Positions 8,526 to 18,402 are shown, counted from the stretch's first letter. The stretch is DNA of 64,000 bases from Bacilli bacterium (GCA_050953085.1 JBMNLX010000002.1:9866-73865), one strand, 5' to 3'. Notes: generated by a model not told the origin, from the letters alone. Program-made: numbers and translations.

Positions 8526-10327
8526 TTTTCAATTTCCGAGCGGCCGAAGCGAACGATTACCGGTCGTCCGTGCGGGCAAGTATAGGGATTCTCGCAGGCG
8601 TTAAGTTGTGAAAGCAAGTTTTCGGCCCCTTCTTTCGCAAGCGGCTCGTTGCCTTTGATCGAGCGTTTGCAGGCAAGGGCGACGGCCAAATAGTCTAAAA
8701 ATTCGTGTTTCGCGCCGCCTTTTTTCTCCAAATGCTTTTGGATTATTTCCTCGGCGAAATCCTTCTCCCGCCCCTTGGGAATCCAGGCGGGAACGGCGCG
8801 GATCATGTAGGTGCCGCCGCCGAACTCCTCGATTTCAAGACCCAAGGAAGCGAGCTCTTCGATTTTTTCCCCGACCATCACCGCTTCCGCCGGCGTGAAA
8901 TCAAGCTTCGCGGGAATAAGCAGCTCGTATCGCCGGGCGTCGGGTTTTTTCAGTTCGTCCCGGAAACGCTCGTAATTAATGCGCTCGTGGGCGGCGTGCT
9001 GGTCGATCAAATAAAACGCGTCCTCGTTTTGGGCGAGGATATAGGTCCCGAAGAGTTGGCCGATATAATATAATTTCGGCAGGCGGTCGCCGGCGAAAAG
9101 CAAATCGTCCCCGTCCTCCAGGAACGAAAACTCCGTCTGCGCCGCGTCTTCTTCCTCCGCGGGCGCGGGAGGCACCGTATCTTCCCGGGGCTTAAAAATA
9201 TCCAAATAGGCGGCGTCATCGTCATCGGTTTCGGCGGAAAAATCCTTCTCGCTAACGTATTCGCTCCGCGACTTAAAGGCCTGGCGCGAGCGCGGCGAGA
9301 TCCCGATATCCTTGGCGGGAATTTCCTGATCGACGATTAAATCGACGCGGTTAAGAGTATTGTCGATCGCCCGCGTGATAAGGGCCAGCAAATCTTCCTC
9401 GTTGGAAAAGCGGATTTCCGTCTTCTGCGGGTGAACGTTAACGTCAATCAGCGACGGGTCGACGCTGACGTTAATCACGCAGACGGGATAGCGGCCGCCG
9501 GGGATCCGGCCCTCGTAGGCCTCGTAGACGGCGGCGATGAGTTTGTTGTTACGCGCGACGCGACCGTTAACGATAATCGTTATGTGATTCCGGGACGATT
9601 TCGTCACCGAGATATTGCCGATAAAGCCCCGGACCCGGAAAAAGCCGTCGTTTTCGTCGATTTCCGTCATGTTCTTGGCGACATCGTTCCCGTAGACGTT
9701 TTGAATCGCCTCGAGCAGTCGGCCGCCGCCGAACGTCTGTAATAATTTCCGGTCATTGTTGGTAAGCCGGAAGGCGATATCGGGCCGGGCGAGGGCGATT
9801 TTATCCAAAAAGTCGAGAATATAGCTTAATTCCGTGCTCAGCGATTGCAGGCTTTGTAAGCGGGCGGGCGTGTTGAAAAACAAATTCTTAACGGCAATTT
9901 CCGTGCCGCGGGGAAAGGCGATGACCGCCTCGCTCACCAATTTGCCGCCCTTGTGCGAGTACATCATTCCCCGAACGCCGTCCGGGCTCGTCTTCAGGAT
10001 GAAGTGGCTCACTGCCGCGATCGATGGCAGGGCCTCGCCGCGGAAACCGAGAGTCCGGATCTGATACAAATCCTCGCTTCTCGCGATCTTGCTCGTCGCG
10101 TGCGGTTCGAGCGCGAGGCGCGCGTCGGCGGCGCTCATTCCCGAGCCGTCGTCAAGGACGACGATTTCCTTAAGCCCGGAATCGACGAGGTTGACGTCGA
10201 TATGCCGGGCCCCGGCGTCGATCGCGTTCTCAACAAGTTCCTTGACGACCGAGGCCGGTCCGGTGACGACTTCGCCGGCGGCGATCAAATTAACGACTTT
10301 TTGGTCAAGCTTAATTATTTTCGCCAT
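8504..10327 (-). CDS. mutL: DNA mismatch repair protein MutL
   Basis: N-terminal GHKL ATPase motifs (IAAGEVV, ELVENAIDAG). C-terminal dimerisation/endonuclease region. Confidence 0.95.
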   Translation of the reverse strand: MAKIIKLDQKVVNLIAAGEVVTGPASVVKELVENAIDAGARHIDVNLVDSGLKEIVVLDDGSGMSAADARLALEPHATSKIARSEDLYQIRTLGFRGEALPSIAAVSHFILKTSPDGVRGMMYSHKGGKLVSEAVIAFPRGTEIAVKNLFFNTPARLQSLQSLSTELSYILDFLDKIALARPDIAFRLTNNDRKLLQTFGGGRLLEAIQNVYGNDVAKNMTEIDENDGFFRVRGFIGNISVTKSSRNHITIIVNGRVARNNKLIAAVYEAYEGRIPGGRYPVCVINVSVDPSLIDVNVHPQKTEIRFSNEEDLLALITRAIDNTLNRVDLIVDQEIPAKDIGISPRSRQAFKSRSEYVSEKDFSAETDDDDAAYLDIFKPREDTVPPAPAEEEDAAQTEFSFLEDGDDLLFAGDRLPKLYYIGQLFGTYILAQNEDAFYLIDQHAAHERINYERFRDELKKPDARRYELLIPAKLDFTPAEAVMVGEKIEELASLGLEIEEFGGGTYMIRAVPAWIPKGREKDFAEEIIQKHLEKKGGAKHEFLDYLAVALACKRSIKGNEPLAKEGAENLLSQLNACENPYTCPHGRPVIVRFGRSEIEKWFRRIL

Positions 10328-10337
10328 ATCCTCATAC

Positions 10338-12908
10338 CTACTTCTTCAAAAGTTTTTGTATTTTCTCAAGGGCGTTTAAAGCCTCGAGCGGGCTCATGTT
10401 ATACAAGTCAAGCGATTTGATCTCTTCCAGGGCGAGAGTTTCTTTTTCCGTTTTCGAGTCAAACAAAAGCGGCGGTTGGTAGTTTTTCGCGGACAGAAGA
10501 CCCGCGTCCGGCTTTTGCGTCTCGAGTTTGTTCAGAATATCGGTCGCCCTTAAGATCACGGGGAGCGGCAGGGACGCGAGTTTCGCGACGTTGATCCCGT
10601 AACTCTTGTCGGCGGCGCCGGGACGGACTTTATAAAGAAAGACGATGTCTCCCGCCACCTCCTCCGCCGCCACGTGAACGTTCTTCAAGCGCGGGACGCT
10701 TTCCTCGAGAACGGTCAGCTCGTGATAATGGGTCGAAAAAAGCGTCTTACAGCCGAGGTGAGCGTCGATATATTCGATGATCGCCTGAGCGAGGGCCATG
10801 CCGTCGTAGGTCGCGGTGCCGCGGCCGATCTCGTCAAGCAATATCAGGCTGTTTTTTGTGGCCTGGGTCAAGGCCTTGTTTACTTCCGTCATCTCCACCA
10901 TGAACGTCGACTGGCCGCTGATAATATCGTCGGCGGCGCCGATTCGCGTAAAAATGGCGTCGAATATCGGCAGGCGCGCCCGGTCGCAGGCGACGAAGGA
11001 GCCGATCTGGGCCATAATCGCCGCGATGGCGATCTGGCGCATATAGGTCGATTTCCCGCCCATGTTCGGGCCGGTAATAAGGAGAATATTTTCTTCCGCC
11101 CCCAACTTCGCGTCATTGGGGATGAACGCGGTCGAAGCGAGTTCCATTACCGGGTGGCGGAGGTTTTTAATTTCAATCTCGTGATTGTCGGTAAAGCGGG
11201 GGCGGACGTAATTGTTTTCCTTGGCGACGCGGGCAAAGGATAGCATCATGTCAAGCTCGGAAATAATTTTTGCCAGGCGCTGAAGCAAGGGCACGTCTTT
11301 TTTCGCGCGGTCGCGGACGGAGTTAAAAAGTTCGATTTCGAGCGCCAGGGATTTTTCCGCGGCCTGGAGGATTTTCGTCTCCATTTCCTTAAGCTCCGGG
11401 GTGATGAAGCGCTCGGTGTTGCTTAAGGTTTGTTTGCGGATGTAGCCGAACTCGTCGCGGACGAGCGCGCTCGCCCCTTTGGAGACCTCGATATAATAAC
11501 CGAAGACGCGGTTGTATCCGACCCGAAGAGTTTTGATTCCGGTCTTCTCCCGTTCGCGTTGCTCGAGGGCGAGAAGGTATTCCTTGCTGTGATCCTGAAT
11601 GGCCCTAAGCTCGTCAAGTTCCGCGTTATAGCCGGGCTTAATCGCGCCGCCGTCGCGGGCGTAAAGGGGGGCGTCCGGAGAGATCGCTTCCTCGATCGCG
11701 CTTTGCAAGTCGCGACAACGCTCGCGCTCGTCCTCGAGAGCGAAAAACCCCGCGATCTTCATTTTCCGAAGCAAATCGCAAATTCCCGGAACCGCGGCGA
11801 GCGAGCGCTTAAGCTGCAGGAGGTCGCGCGGTCCCGCCGTCTCGTAGGACAGTCGGCCGGCGATCCGCTCGAGGTCATATATCTCGTCGAGCGCGTTTTT
11901 TAAATCGCTCGCCTCGAGAAACGCTTTCCCGACTCGGTCGATAATATCATAACGGCGTTCGATTTTCTCTTTATCCACGAGGGGAAAAAGCAGGGTTTTC
12001 TTAAGATACCGGCTCCCCATCGCCGTCGCGCATTTATCGAGAGTGGAAAGCAGAGTGTTCTTTCTCTCCTGGAAACGCAGGGTCTCGGTCAACTCGAGAT
12101 TCCGGCGGGAAGCGAAATCGATCTTCATATAAGCGGAACTATCGTACTTTACCGCCGGTTGGAGATGGACGAGCGTCCGTTTCTGCGTCCGGATAATGTA
12201 ATTTATCAGCCGCCAGAAGCTCTTCGTCTCCTCGGCGTCAAGATTCGCGGCGAGCGCCCGCAAATACGCGACCTCGCCGTCCCGTTCCTCTTCAGAAACG
12301 GTAAGAGAACGGGCGACGGAAATCGGGGCGAGGAGCGCGCGATTAAACCCGGGCGCGACGACGACCTCGCGCGTGTTGAGTTTTAATAACTCCGCCGCGA
12401 GCAGTTCCTCAGCCGGCGGGATCTCCGTGACGTAATTTTCGCCCGTGGATAGGTCGCTGTAAGCGAGAATGAACCGATCTTTCCCGACCGTTACCGAGAC
12501 GAGATAGTTGTTATCGCGGGCGTCAAGCGTCTCCCCCTCGGTCACGGTTCCGGGGGTTATCACCCGCGTCACCTCGCGGCGGACCAAGCCCTTGGCGAGC
12601 GCCGGGTCCTCCACTTGCTCGACGATCGCGACCTTATACCCTTTCTCCGTCAACCGGTCGAGATAGCCGCTAACGCTGTGGTAAGGGACGCCGCACATCG
12701 GCACCCGCTCCGGGGCGCCGGCGTCGCGCGAGGTCAATACGATCTCAAGCTCTTTGGAAGCGACGATAGCGTCGTTGAAAAACATTTCGTAAAAATCGCC
12801 GAGACGGAAAAACACGAGCGCATCGGCGTATTCTTCCTTGATTTCGAGATACTGCCTCATCATCGGCGTATATTGGTTTTTATCAATCTCCTGATACATA
12901 ATCTTCAC
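10338..12908 (-). CDS. mutS: DNA mismatch repair protein MutS
   Basis: MMRQYLEIK...GDFYE mismatch-binding N-terminus. Walker A GPNMGGKST. Confidence 0.95.
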   Translation of the reverse strand: MKIMYQEIDKNQYTPMMRQYLEIKEEYADALVFFRLGDFYEMFFNDAIVASKELEIVLTSRDAGAPERVPMCGVPYHSVSGYLDRLTEKGYKVAIVEQVEDPALAKGLVRREVTRVITPGTVTEGETLDARDNNYLVSVTVGKDRFILAYSDLSTGENYVTEIPPAEELLAAELLKLNTREVVVAPGFNRALLAPISVARSLTVSEEERDGEVAYLRALAANLDAEETKSFWRLINYIIRTQKRTLVHLQPAVKYDSSAYMKIDFASRRNLELTETLRFQERKNTLLSTLDKCATAMGSRYLKKTLLFPLVDKEKIERRYDIIDRVGKAFLEASDLKNALDEIYDLERIAGRLSYETAGPRDLLQLKRSLAAVPGICDLLRKMKIAGFFALEDERERCRDLQSAIEEAISPDAPLYARDGGAIKPGYNAELDELRAIQDHSKEYLLALEQREREKTGIKTLRVGYNRVFGYYIEVSKGASALVRDEFGYIRKQTLSNTERFITPELKEMETKILQAAEKSLALEIELFNSVRDRAKKDVPLLQRLAKIISELDMMLSFARVAKENNYVRPRFTDNHEIEIKNLRHPVMELASTAFIPNDAKLGAEENILLITGPNMGGKSTYMRQIAIAAIMAQIGSFVACDRARLPIFDAIFTRIGAADDIISGQSTFMVEMTEVNKALTQATKNSLILLDEIGRGTATYDGMALAQAIIEYIDAHLGCKTLFSTHYHELTVLEESVPRLKNVHVAAEEVAGDIVFLYKVRPGAADKSYGINVAKLASLPLPVILRATDILNKLETQKPDAGLLSAKNYQPPLLFDSKTEKETLALEEIKSLDLYNMSPLEALNALEKIQKLLKK

Positions 12909-13327
12909 CCGCCGGCGGCGTTTTATGCATAAATTATCCGCGCGGCTTTCACATTATTAATATTATATCATATTTTCTTAAAATTCCAAATAAAAAGTCA
13001 AAAGATATCGGGCGCGGGAAAAAGCAATTATTTTTGTTATTAATTCCCAGATTTGACGGAAAATGACGAATTTTCGCGCTCATAAGTTTTCCACAATTAT
13101 GTTGAAAACCCGGGAAAAACGGGGGGAAAATGACTGTCCGCGGCGTATTTTTAAAAGGAAATGTGGAAAACTTTTAAGCCGAAAAACTTTTTTCGCAAAC
13201 CCCATTGAGATACGCGCGCCGCGAAACCGGCGATCAACTTGACCTCGCGGAAAATATTTTGCGGCAAAAGGGCCGTTTGTGGTATAATAAAGTCGTAAGA
13301 AAAAGCGTTTTGAGGAGGATTTTATAA

Positions 13328-14311
13328 TTGAGACGGAGGGAAAACATTTATTATGTTATTGAGGCCCTGGCGTATTTGGGCGGGGTAGGCGATCCGGAGG
13401 ATGTGTATAATAAAGCGGGAGAGTTGTTCCCGCAATCAATAATAAAAAGCTATCCCGACGCTGGCGCGTTTGACGAAGCCGTTCGCAAAGCTGTCGACGA
13501 TTGCCTGGATTCGGCCGCGGGAAAAAAAGTTTTCAAAAGGAACCCCGCCGGCAAACTCGTTTTCAAAGAACCTTACGCGCGGCTCGCGCGGCGCGTGAGG
13601 GAAGGAATAAACCCGCGGGAGACGATCCGCCTATGGTGGTATATGGGTAATGAGGAATTTTGCGCGGTCACCGACAAATGCGTGTATTTTTTATCCGTCG
13701 ACCCGAACCCGGTCTTAATACGCGGAAGCGTGAACTCGGCGAAAGTAATTTTGAACGAAGAATGGATGACGATAATATTCGAAAGCTACGACGGGATAAC
13801 GTGGGAAGTGGGCGCGGAATACGACGAGGTAATCTTCGCCTTGCTTAAAGAAACGATCTTCTGCCTAAAAACCTTGATCGTCTGCGAGTCGTATCATCAC
13901 AAGAACACTTTGAAGGTCGCGAGCCGGATGGCGGCGGCGCTATACGCCGACCTCCTCCCGGCGGGGGAGGTTGATGATATCGAAAAATATGACCTCGTCG
14001 GCTTTGGTTCCGGAATCTACTTCAACAAGCATCACCGGCGACTGCGCGAGCTTGTCGAGAAACTTAACCTTAAGGATAAGCGCGTCTTCGTCTTCTCGAC
14101 GAGCGGGATCGGCTTTAAATGCTTTAACCGCGGGCTGATAAGAAAACTAAGGAAAAAAGGCGCCGTAATCGTCGGCAGTTTTGCATGCCGGGGATACGAC
14201 ACCTTCGGAATTCTGAAGAAAATCGGCGGGATCGCCCGCGAGCGCCCGAACGAGCGCGATTTGAAAAAGGCCGAGGCTTTTGCCCGCGGCCTCTTGCGCG
14301 CCGATTTATAA
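13328..14311 (+). CDS. hypothetical protein with C-terminal flavodoxin-like domain
   Basis: TTG start 8 nt after GAGGAGG. The C-terminal ~150 aa (KTLIVCESYHHKNT...VFVFSTSG) look flavodoxin-fold. I do not recognise the N-terminal ~175 aa. Confidence 0.55.
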   Translation: MRRRENIYYVIEALAYLGGVGDPEDVYNKAGELFPQSIIKSYPDAGAFDEAVRKAVDDCLDSAAGKKVFKRNPAGKLVFKEPYARLARRVREGINPRETIRLWWYMGNEEFCAVTDKCVYFLSVDPNPVLIRGSVNSAKVILNEEWMTIIFESYDGITWEVGAEYDEVIFALLKETIFCLKTLIVCESYHHKNTLKVASRMAAALYADLLPAGEVDDIEKYDLVGFGSGIYFNKHHRRLRELVEKLNLKDKRVFVFSTSGIGFKCFNRGLIRKLRKKGAVIVGSFACRGYDTFGILKKIGGIARERPNERDLKKAEAFARGLLRADL

Positions 14312-15526
14312 CTTGACCAGTTCCCCGCCGGCCTTGCGCGAGGATTCCGCGGCGAAGGCCATGCGGTGACTTTCGATTGAATTGTTAATGTCGGTAAGGC
14401 CCGATAAGGGCTCGCCGGAACGGACGTTCCGGACGAAATCAAGAACCATCCGGACGTCGCCCCCGGCGTGGCCGGAAAGGTCGGTCTCTCGGGCCTTGAT
14501 ATCAACGGTTTCCTCGCCCTCCCCGTAGACCTTGACCGCGAATCGACCTTCTTCCAAATCGCCGGTAATCTCGCCCTTGGAGCCGTGGATCTTCAGGCTG
14601 CGATGGATCTCGTTCGAGAAAGCGGTGACGGTAAGGTTGGCGGTCGCGCCCGAGGCGAAAATCATGCTTACGACCTGGTGATCGGGGACGTTGTTATCGC
14701 TTCGGTACACGCAGCGGCCGTAATTAATCCGCTCGTCTCGCAAGACTTTCTCGACGTCGGGGTCGAGGGAGAATATCATAAACCAGTCCGGATGCGATTT
14801 ATAAAACTCGATCGCGTTATAGGGACAGGGAACATCGCATTTATAGCAATATTCGGCGCTCCCCTCGGGGGCGTTTTCTTTTTTAAAATAGAAAAGGTTA
14901 CCGAAGGAGCTTAAGGCCTCGCACTTCTCGCCGACGAGCCATTGGATAATATCAAGATCATGACAGGCCTTGGCGAGAATCATTGGCGCGGAATCTTCCT
15001 CGCGCCGCCAGTTCCCGCGGACGTAACTGTGGGCGAAATGATAATAGCCGATATGCTCGGTCTGCGAAACGGTCGCGACCTTGCCGATCTTGCCGGATTC
15101 GATGATCTTTTTGACTTCCCGGTAAAAGGGCGCGTAACGCAGGACATGGCAAACCGCCACTTTGCGTCCCAAGGAGTTCGCTTTGTCTCGAATCGCGAGA
15201 CAATGGTCCAATTCCGCCGCGATCGGTTTTTCAAGCAACAGATCGTACCCCAATTCAAGGCCGGCCATCGCTTGCTCGTAATGATCGCGGTCCATCGTGG
15301 AGACGACCAGAATATCGGCGATTTTCCCTTTCTTAAACATTTCCTTATAATCGGTGTAATAATCTTCTTCTCTCACGCCGAACAATTGCATGATAAACGG
15401 CTTCTTAACGGGGTTGATCTCGCAAACCGCCGCCAATTCCATCTCCTCCGGATGGCTTTTAATAATGTTCGCGTAGGTGAAACCGCGCGCGCCGAAACCC
15501 AGAATCGCTAATTTTACCTTTTTCAT
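14306..15526 (-). CDS. Gfo/Idh/MocA family oxidoreductase
   Basis: N-terminal Rossmann motif (ILGFGARG). Family-typical length and EKP motif (LLEKPIA). Confidence 0.8.
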   Translation of the reverse strand: MKKVKLAILGFGARGFTYANIIKSHPEEMELAAVCEINPVKKPFIMQLFGVREEDYYTDYKEMFKKGKIADILVVSTMDRDHYEQAMAGLELGYDLLLEKPIAAELDHCLAIRDKANSLGRKVAVCHVLRYAPFYREVKKIIESGKIGKVATVSQTEHIGYYHFAHSYVRGNWRREEDSAPMILAKACHDLDIIQWLVGEKCEALSSFGNLFYFKKENAPEGSAEYCYKCDVPCPYNAIEFYKSHPDWFMIFSLDPDVEKVLRDERINYGRCVYRSDNNVPDHQVVSMIFASGATANLTVTAFSNEIHRSLKIHGSKGEITGDLEEGRFAVKVYGEGEETVDIKARETDLSGHAGGDVRMVLDFVRNVRSGEPLSGLTDINNSIESHRMAFAAESSRKAGGELVKL

Positions 15527-15658
15527 CGTTATTCCTCCTCGTCGATTTCATTATAACATTTATCGGGAAATTTGTTAAGCGAAAAATAGGTTGTTGGCGC
15601 GAGAGGGATATTTTCTCGGAAGTAATTAAAAAATATTTAATTTTTTGTTAATTTTTGG

Positions 15659-15686
15659 TTGATTTTTTTGGAATAAGTGATATAAT
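15659..15686 (+). promoter_or_regulatory. strong sigma-A type promoter of an orphan small transcript
   Basis: TTGATT (15659-15664), 16 nt, TGaTATAAT (15678-15686). Confidence 0.6.
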
Positions 15687-15706
15687 AAAGGCGGACAAGG
15701 CAATAT

Positions 15707-15781
15707 ATGGCAAATATCCGGACACAGGCTCTTTTTGGCTTCGCCAGTTTTGTTTTAATTAAGGACAGGCATACGGCCTAA
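15707..15781 (+). CDS. candidate 24-aa small ORF (MANIRTQALFGFASFVLIKDRHTA) inside the orphan transcript
   Basis: ATG 6 nt after AAGG. The ORF sits between the promoter and an 18-bp terminator. No homology is recognisable, so this could equally be a non-coding RNA. Confidence 0.25.
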   Translation: MANIRTQALFGFASFVLIKDRHTA

Positions 15782-15788
15782 CATAAAT

Positions 15789-15835
15789 GCTGGGGAACTT
15801 CGGTTCGTCGAACCGAAGTTCCCCGGCCTTTTTTC
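15789..15835 (+). terminator. very strong intrinsic terminator
   Basis: GGGGAACTTCGGTTC-gtc-GAACCGAAGTTCCCC, extended by three flanking pairs, then a TTTTTT run. Confidence 0.85.
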
Positions 15836-15840
15836 TTATG

Positions 15841-15864
15841 AAAAAAGACCGGCGGTTTCCGGTC
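15841..15864 (-). terminator. intrinsic terminator facing the opposite direction
   Basis: Minus strand GACCGG-aaaccg-CCGGTC followed by TTTTTT. Confidence 0.6.
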
Positions 15865-15995
15865 CAGAGCGTGACGTCAGCGCTCATTTTATTAGCGGAT
15901 AACATTTTGTTATGAGCGGGACAGATTTATTGTTTTAGATGCTTTCTTTAACTATATTACTCACAAAAAATGTTATACGACGTTAGGGTGGAGAA

Positions 15996-16036
15996 TGAAA
16001 AAACTACTTTTTTAGTCAAAGCTAAAAAAGTAGTTT
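15996..16036 (-). terminator. AT-rich 15-bp hairpin terminator after the ECF S-component gene
   Basis: AAACTACTTTTTTAG-6nt-CTAAAAAAGTAGTTT, followed by a T run on the minus strand. Confidence 0.6.
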
Positions 16037-16066
16037 GTCAACAGGCTGGACCGGCGGTTTCCTTCT

Positions 16067-16687
16067 TTAAGCTTCTGCTGGTTGTTGCGTCATCGCCTTC
16101 TTTATGGCGAGAACAATCGGGGCGCCGATCACCGCCGCCGCCGCTATTTCCAGGAGCATATTGTTCACGACGATAAAGAGCATATAGGCAAGGAAGCCTT
16201 TCTCAATAATGAACGTGTGCTCGGACGCGAAGAAATGAAATCCCGTTTTCGCGACCACGAATAAAATCGGGACGACGATTAGCGTGTGAAACATTGTTGC
16301 GGTGATCGCCGCAAGCGTCACGGACACCGCCTCGCGTTTGAAAATTTTCCGAAACGCGTCGTACAACAGGGCGGCGACGTAACCGAAAAGCATCCGCGGC
16401 AGGACGGATAAAAGCGGGTTAGTAAAGGGCACGTTCTCGGGGACTACCTCGATAAAGCTGCGAATCATCGCCCCGGCTCCGAAAACAAAACCGAGCAGCA
16501 GCCCGTACCTTTTTCCCAACACAATCGCGCCGAGGATCACCGGGATATGAAGAATGGTAATCTTAATCCCGCCGAAAAACGGGATATAACCGACGGTCGC
16601 GGTTAAAATCACGATAATGGCGATCAGGGCGGAAGCATAGACAAACTTAAAGATTTCCTGATTGCGCTTTGTTTTTTTGTTATTCAT
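16067..16687 (-). CDS. ECF transporter S component (substrate unknown)
   Basis: About 200 aa with 5-6 TM segments. N-terminal pattern ...TILHIPVILGAIVLG... is typical of ECF S units. No adjacent ecfA or ecfT. Confidence 0.6.
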   Translation of the reverse strand: MNNKKTKRNQEIFKFVYASALIAIIVILTATVGYIPFFGGIKITILHIPVILGAIVLGKRYGLLLGFVFGAGAMIRSFIEVVPENVPFTNPLLSVLPRMLFGYVAALLYDAFRKIFKREAVSVTLAAITATMFHTLIVVPILFVVAKTGFHFFASEHTFIIEKGFLAYMLFIVVNNMLLEIAAAAVIGAPIVLAIKKAMTQQPAEA

Positions 16688-16782
16688 AATTCTCTCCTTT
16701 TTGGGCCGGAAAAGGTCCCGTAAGTTTTTTGCTATAAAATAAACGCTTTTTCCGTGATTAGTATGCTCTATAAAAGTAGCGT

Positions 16783-18054
16783 CTAATCAAAAAGCTCAAA
16801 CTCGTATCCGAGTATCCTGACGGTGTCGCCGGCGGCGACTCCCGCTTTTCGCAACTCATCCTCGACTCCGAGATTCCGGAGCCGGCGGGCGAACATTTTC
16901 ACGCTTGACTCGTTATTGAAGTCAACCGCGTTGAAATATTTCTCAATCACCGGTCCCCTAACATTATACACGCCGTCGGGCTCTTTTTCAATAGTGAAGG
17001 GATCGGGCTCGGGTTCGAATTTGTATTCCACGTGCCCGCCCACGATCTCAACGAAATCCCCGGGTCCCGTCTTATCAAGCGCGTCGGCGATCCGGTATAA
17101 AAGCTCGTTGACATTATCTTTAGTATACGCGCTGATCGCCACGATCGGGACGCCCGTAATCCGCGTTTTTAATTTTTCCAAGTTTTCTTCCGCCCCCGGC
17201 AAATCCATCTTATTGGCGGCGATGATTTGCGGGCGGAGAAGCAACGCCGGGTTATGGCTTTCAAGTTCCCGGTTGATGTCATGGTAGTCCTGAACGGGGT
17301 CGCGGCCGCTTTCGGCTGCGACGTCAATAACGTGAACGATGACGCGCGTCCGCTCGATGTGGCGCAGAAACTGGATTCCGAGGCCCGCTCCCTGGCTCGC
17401 CCCTTTAATCAGTCCCGGCAAGTCCGCCACGACAAACGATCTCTCGTCGCCGATTCTCACGACCCCCAGTTGGGGCGTGAGCGTGGTGAAGGGATAAGCG
17501 GCGATTTTCGGCCGCGCGGCGCTAATGACGGAAATCAAAGTCGATTTCCCGACGGAAGGAAAGCCCACGAGCCCGACGTCGGCCAAAACTTTCAACTCGA
17601 CGCGCAACTCGCGCTCCTCGCCCCGCTCGCCGGGCTCCGCGAAGTCGGGGGCGGTAACGCGCGGCGTCGCCAAGGAAGCGTTCCCGCGGCCGCCGCGGCC
17701 GCCCTTCGCGATGACTTCCGCCTGGCCGGGGCGGGTGATATCGGCGATAACCTTCCCGTCCGCGTCATAAACGACCGACCCGAGCGGCACGCGAACATAA
17801 ACATCGGCCCCGTCGCGACCGTAGCGGTTCTTGCTTTGACCGGGGGCGCCGTTTTCCGCCTTAATCATCTTCCGATAATAAAGATCGACCAAAGTCGAAA
17901 GCCCCTCGTCGCCGACGAAAATAACGTTTCCGCCGCGGCCGCCGTTCCCCCCGGCGGGTCCGCCTTTCGGCACGTATTTTTCCCGACGATATGCGACGAT
18001 CCCGCGACCGCCGTCGCCGGCTTTCACTTTAATTTTCACTTCATCGACAAACAT
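16783..18054 (-). CDS. obg: GTPase Obg/CgtA
   Basis: MFVDEVKIKVKAGDGG N-terminus, glycine-rich Obg fold, G1 GFPSVGKST, and a C-terminal TGS-like extension. ATG 18054 is preceded by GGTGA. Confidence 0.95.
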   Translation of the reverse strand: MFVDEVKIKVKAGDGGRGIVAYRREKYVPKGGPAGGNGGRGGNVIFVGDEGLSTLVDLYYRKMIKAENGAPGQSKNRYGRDGADVYVRVPLGSVVYDADGKVIADITRPGQAEVIAKGGRGGRGNASLATPRVTAPDFAEPGERGEERELRVELKVLADVGLVGFPSVGKSTLISVISAARPKIAAYPFTTLTPQLGVVRIGDERSFVVADLPGLIKGASQGAGLGIQFLRHIERTRVIVHVIDVAAESGRDPVQDYHDINRELESHNPALLLRPQIIAANKMDLPGAEENLEKLKTRITGVPIVAISAYTKDNVNELLYRIADALDKTGPGDFVEIVGGHVEYKFEPEPDPFTIEKEPDGVYNVRGPVIEKYFNAVDFNNESSVKMFARRLRNLGVEDELRKAGVAAGDTVRILGYEFELFD

Positions 18055-18101
18055 TTTATTCACCAACCGTTTCGGTTAAAAAAAATGCACGGGTAGTGCA
18101 T

Positions 18102-18389
18102 TTATCTTGTCTCGTATACGGAAACTTGTTTTTTCTTTCTTCCGACATATTCGTATTTCACGTATCCCGAACTTTTCGCAAACAAAGTATCGTCCCCGCC
18201 GCGGCCAACGTTAACGCCCGGGAAAATTTTCGTTCCCCGTTGACGGTAAATAATCGCCCCGGCTTTGGCGAACTGGCCGTCGGAAAGTTTCATGCCCAAA
18301 CGTTTCGCGTGCGAATCGCGACCGTTTTTCGTGGAACCGGCGGCTTTTTTTGATGCGAAAAACTGAATATTTATCCAAATTTTTTTCAT
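18102..18389 (-). CDS. rpmA: 50S ribosomal protein L27 with N-terminal pro-sequence
   Basis: ...[18 protein letters not shown]. The FF/ASKK junction is the known Prp cleavage context in Firmicutes. Confidence 0.95.
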   Translation of the reverse strand: MKKIWINIQFFASKKAAGSTKNGRDSHAKRLGMKLSDGQFAKAGAIIYRQRGTKIFPGVNVGRGGDDTLFAKSSGYVKYEYVGRKKKQVSVYETR

Positions 18390-18402
18390 TGCGTTCTACC
18401 TC

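Noticed and set aside
15885-15915. lac-operator-like AGCGGATAACATTTTGTTATGAGCGG as a LacI-family operator
   Set aside because: Only a 5-bp ATAAC/GTTAT core is symmetric. No LacI-family gene or sugar operon is adjacent.
15847-16060. 14-nt direct repeat GACCGGCGGTTTCC (15847-15860 and 16047-16060) as boundaries of a miniature mobile element
   Set aside because: The 186-bp segment between the copies has no terminal inverted repeats. The first copy is simply half of a terminator hairpin. The similarity is too short to support mobility.
16688-16782. preQ1 or other riboswitch upstream of the ECF S-component gene (A-rich CAAAAAACTTAC stretch)
   Set aside because: No P1 stem or loop matching the preQ1-I or preQ1-II architecture could be drawn. 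The spacer is only 95 nt and must also hold the promoter.
3413-18096. Many 60-290-codon ORFs antisense to or overlapping ileS, Fic, mutL, mutS, obg and other genes (for example 3413-4081, 4361-5113, 6945-7796, 17227-18096)
   Set aside because: These are typical shadow ORFs of GC-rich coding sequence. They are Arg/Pro/Gly-rich, have no RBS, and each lies entirely within a confidently identified gene on the other strand or frame.
18067-18101. Hairpin ATGCAC-5nt-GTGCAT plus T run between rpmA and obg as a full terminator
   Set aside because: It is only 6 bp and sits inside a conserved operon. More likely it is a partial terminator or processing site, and it is too weak to call.
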